DNA of 64,000 nucleotides. Origin: a virus (lineage: Duplodnaviria > Caudoviricetes). The DNA lies in IMG/VR virus record IMGVR_UViG_3300020050_014713, positions 1 to 64,000 of that record; one strand, 5' to 3'. Position numbers and translations under genes: made by a program. The notes beneath the pieces are model-generated. The model did not search any database. It worked only from the letters and a program-made list of their open reading frames with translations, and was not told the DNA's origin. Below, one piece after another: positions 62,761 to 64,000 of the stretch (the first letter of the stretch is position 1; the number at the start of each line of letters is the position of its first letter).

Positions 62761-64000
62761 TGGGAATTTATAAAAAGCTAGATTTACTAAGTGATGTAAC
62801 AGGCACTTATGATCAAACAAAAACCACTATTCAAGGAAGGGTTTTTCAAAAGACTATTGCTTCTGAAGCTGCTTTAGGTCCTCCGGTTAGTAGATTCGTA
62901 GATGTGTTTACTGACAGCGGTCAAACTCCTACTGGTGGAATGGAAGTTACTGAAAACGGACGAATGTTTGTTTGCGGTGCCGTGTCTGGTGGTGTTTTGC
63001 CAATAATGCTATATTCTTTTAATATTTCCACTGGCGTCAGTGCTTACATTGGTAGGATTAACGTAGCGCTGCCAAACTCTGCTGCAACAACTCATACTTT
63101 AAAAAACATCCGAGTTGTTGATTCTGGAACAACTGGTTGGAAAATATTTTTAAGTACTACTGGATCTGTTGTTATTAACGGAGGATTATTCCTAGTTAAC
63201 AAAGTTGATTTGGCAGATTTCGTGCCAATTGGGTTTCCCACAATTGCCTTTGCTACGGGGGACGACCAAAAAGCAGTATATTTTTTACAAGATCCTGCCT
63301 CTATGGGAGTTTCTAATTTATTAACTGCATCTGCTGGAAGTTGTCTATATCCTTCTTCTTCAGAAGTTTATGTTTTAAACGGAACCGCAACCGTTTATCA
63401 AGTACATAAGTTTTCTTATTCATCAGCACCCACTTACGCAACTCAAACCTGTACCGCAGCTACTACACCAGCCTCCCCTACTTACACTCTTACAGGTCAC
63501 GGCTATTCTAACAACGATCAAATTGTAATAATTTCTAGTAACCCTGGTGGATTTACAATAGGAACTGTTTATTTTGCAAGAAACGTATCTGCAAATACAT
63601 TTGAACTTTCTGCAACCTCTGGGGGAGCGTCTATTAACGCAACTACGGCTGTAACTCCAGTAGTTGGTAGGGCATTTGGTATTACAGGTTCTTATTTTAC
63701 ATTAAAAACTGGAAACTTACCAGTTATGACAGGAACTCTGGTAACTAACGGATCGGTAGATTGCGCTACTCCATCTCATACTACAAACGCCGGATTTGAT
63801 TGTTTATTTTTTGCAACTTCTACTAACTTATACCTAGGAAAACTTAGCGAACTTACCTCAGGAGTTACTACCTGGGCTTCATTAGTAACTTCTAATATTT
63901 CTGGAACAATAAACCAAATAACTGGTCCAACTACTACCATTGCTACTTGGTCTGATACATTAGATTCAGCAACTTATACTACCAATACATCTATTTTCAT
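62760..64000 (+). CDS. large virion/fibre protein, 5' part (runs off window edge)
   Basis: TAATG coupling; frame MGIYKKLDLLSDV...; no stop seen in the part read, absent from the ORF track. Confidence 0.7.
   Translation, partial: MGIYKKLDLLSDVTGTYDQTKTTIQGRVFQKTIASEAALGPPVSRFVDVFTDSGQTPTGGMEVTENGRMFVCGAVSGGVLPIMLYSFNISTGVSAYIGRINVALPNSAATTHTLKNIRVVDSGTTGWKIFLSTTGSVVINGGLFLVNKVDLADFVPIGFPTIAFATGDDQKAVYFLQDPASMGVSNLLTASAGSCLYPSSSEVYVLNGTATVYQVHKFSYSSAPTYATQTCTAATTPASPTYTLTGHGYSNNDQIVIISSNPGGFTIGTVYFARNVSANTFELSATSGGASINATTAVTPVVGRAFGITGSYFTLKTGNLPVMTGTLVTNGSVDCATPSHTTNAGFDCLFFATSTNLYLGKLSELTSGVTTWASLVTSNISGTINQITGPTTTIATWSDTLDSATYTTNTSIF

Noticed and set aside
1-64000. CRISPR array, diversity-generating retroelement, stop-codon recoding, inteins or introns
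   Set aside because: No spaced repeats, no reverse transcriptase, core genes are intact in the standard code at normal lengths.

Overview
This window is a 64-kb segment of a tailed dsDNA bacteriophage (Caudoviricetes) genome; it is AT-rich and uses the standard genetic code. Almost everything from 1 to 46,983 is on the minus strand. 1-18.8 kb holds early and replication genes: dUTPase, dNMP kinase, PolA, AEP primase-helicase, Rad52-like annealing protein, Cas4/RecB-like nuclease, an IF2-N-like protein, a transglycosylase and a PA14 lipoprotein. 18.9-22.9 kb is a largely non-coding control region with a structured RNA candidate, a tyrosine recombinase, tRNA-Ile(UAU) and a G10 run at a strand-skew switch. 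22.9-47 kb holds about 75 small accessory genes plus DenV-like glycosylase, 2OG-Fe(II) oxygenase, phosphoesterases, IMPDH/GMP reductase, SLOG protein, deaminase, macrodomain, class II RNR, HU-like protein and M15 endolysin. From 47,136 the plus strand carries terminase, portal, scaffold, major capsid and several modular fibre-like virion proteins. The best candidate for an undescribed element is a 201-nt tRNA-shaped RNA with expanded D- and anticodon-arms and its own consensus sigma70 promoter (33,717-33,917, minus), hidden under a probably spurious ORF. Other strong candidates are a second structured ~325-nt non-coding element (19.19-19.51 kb), a recurring intergenic box TTTCTAACTATG, and an IF2 N-terminal-domain mimic. 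All calls are by eye from motifs; no database search was run.
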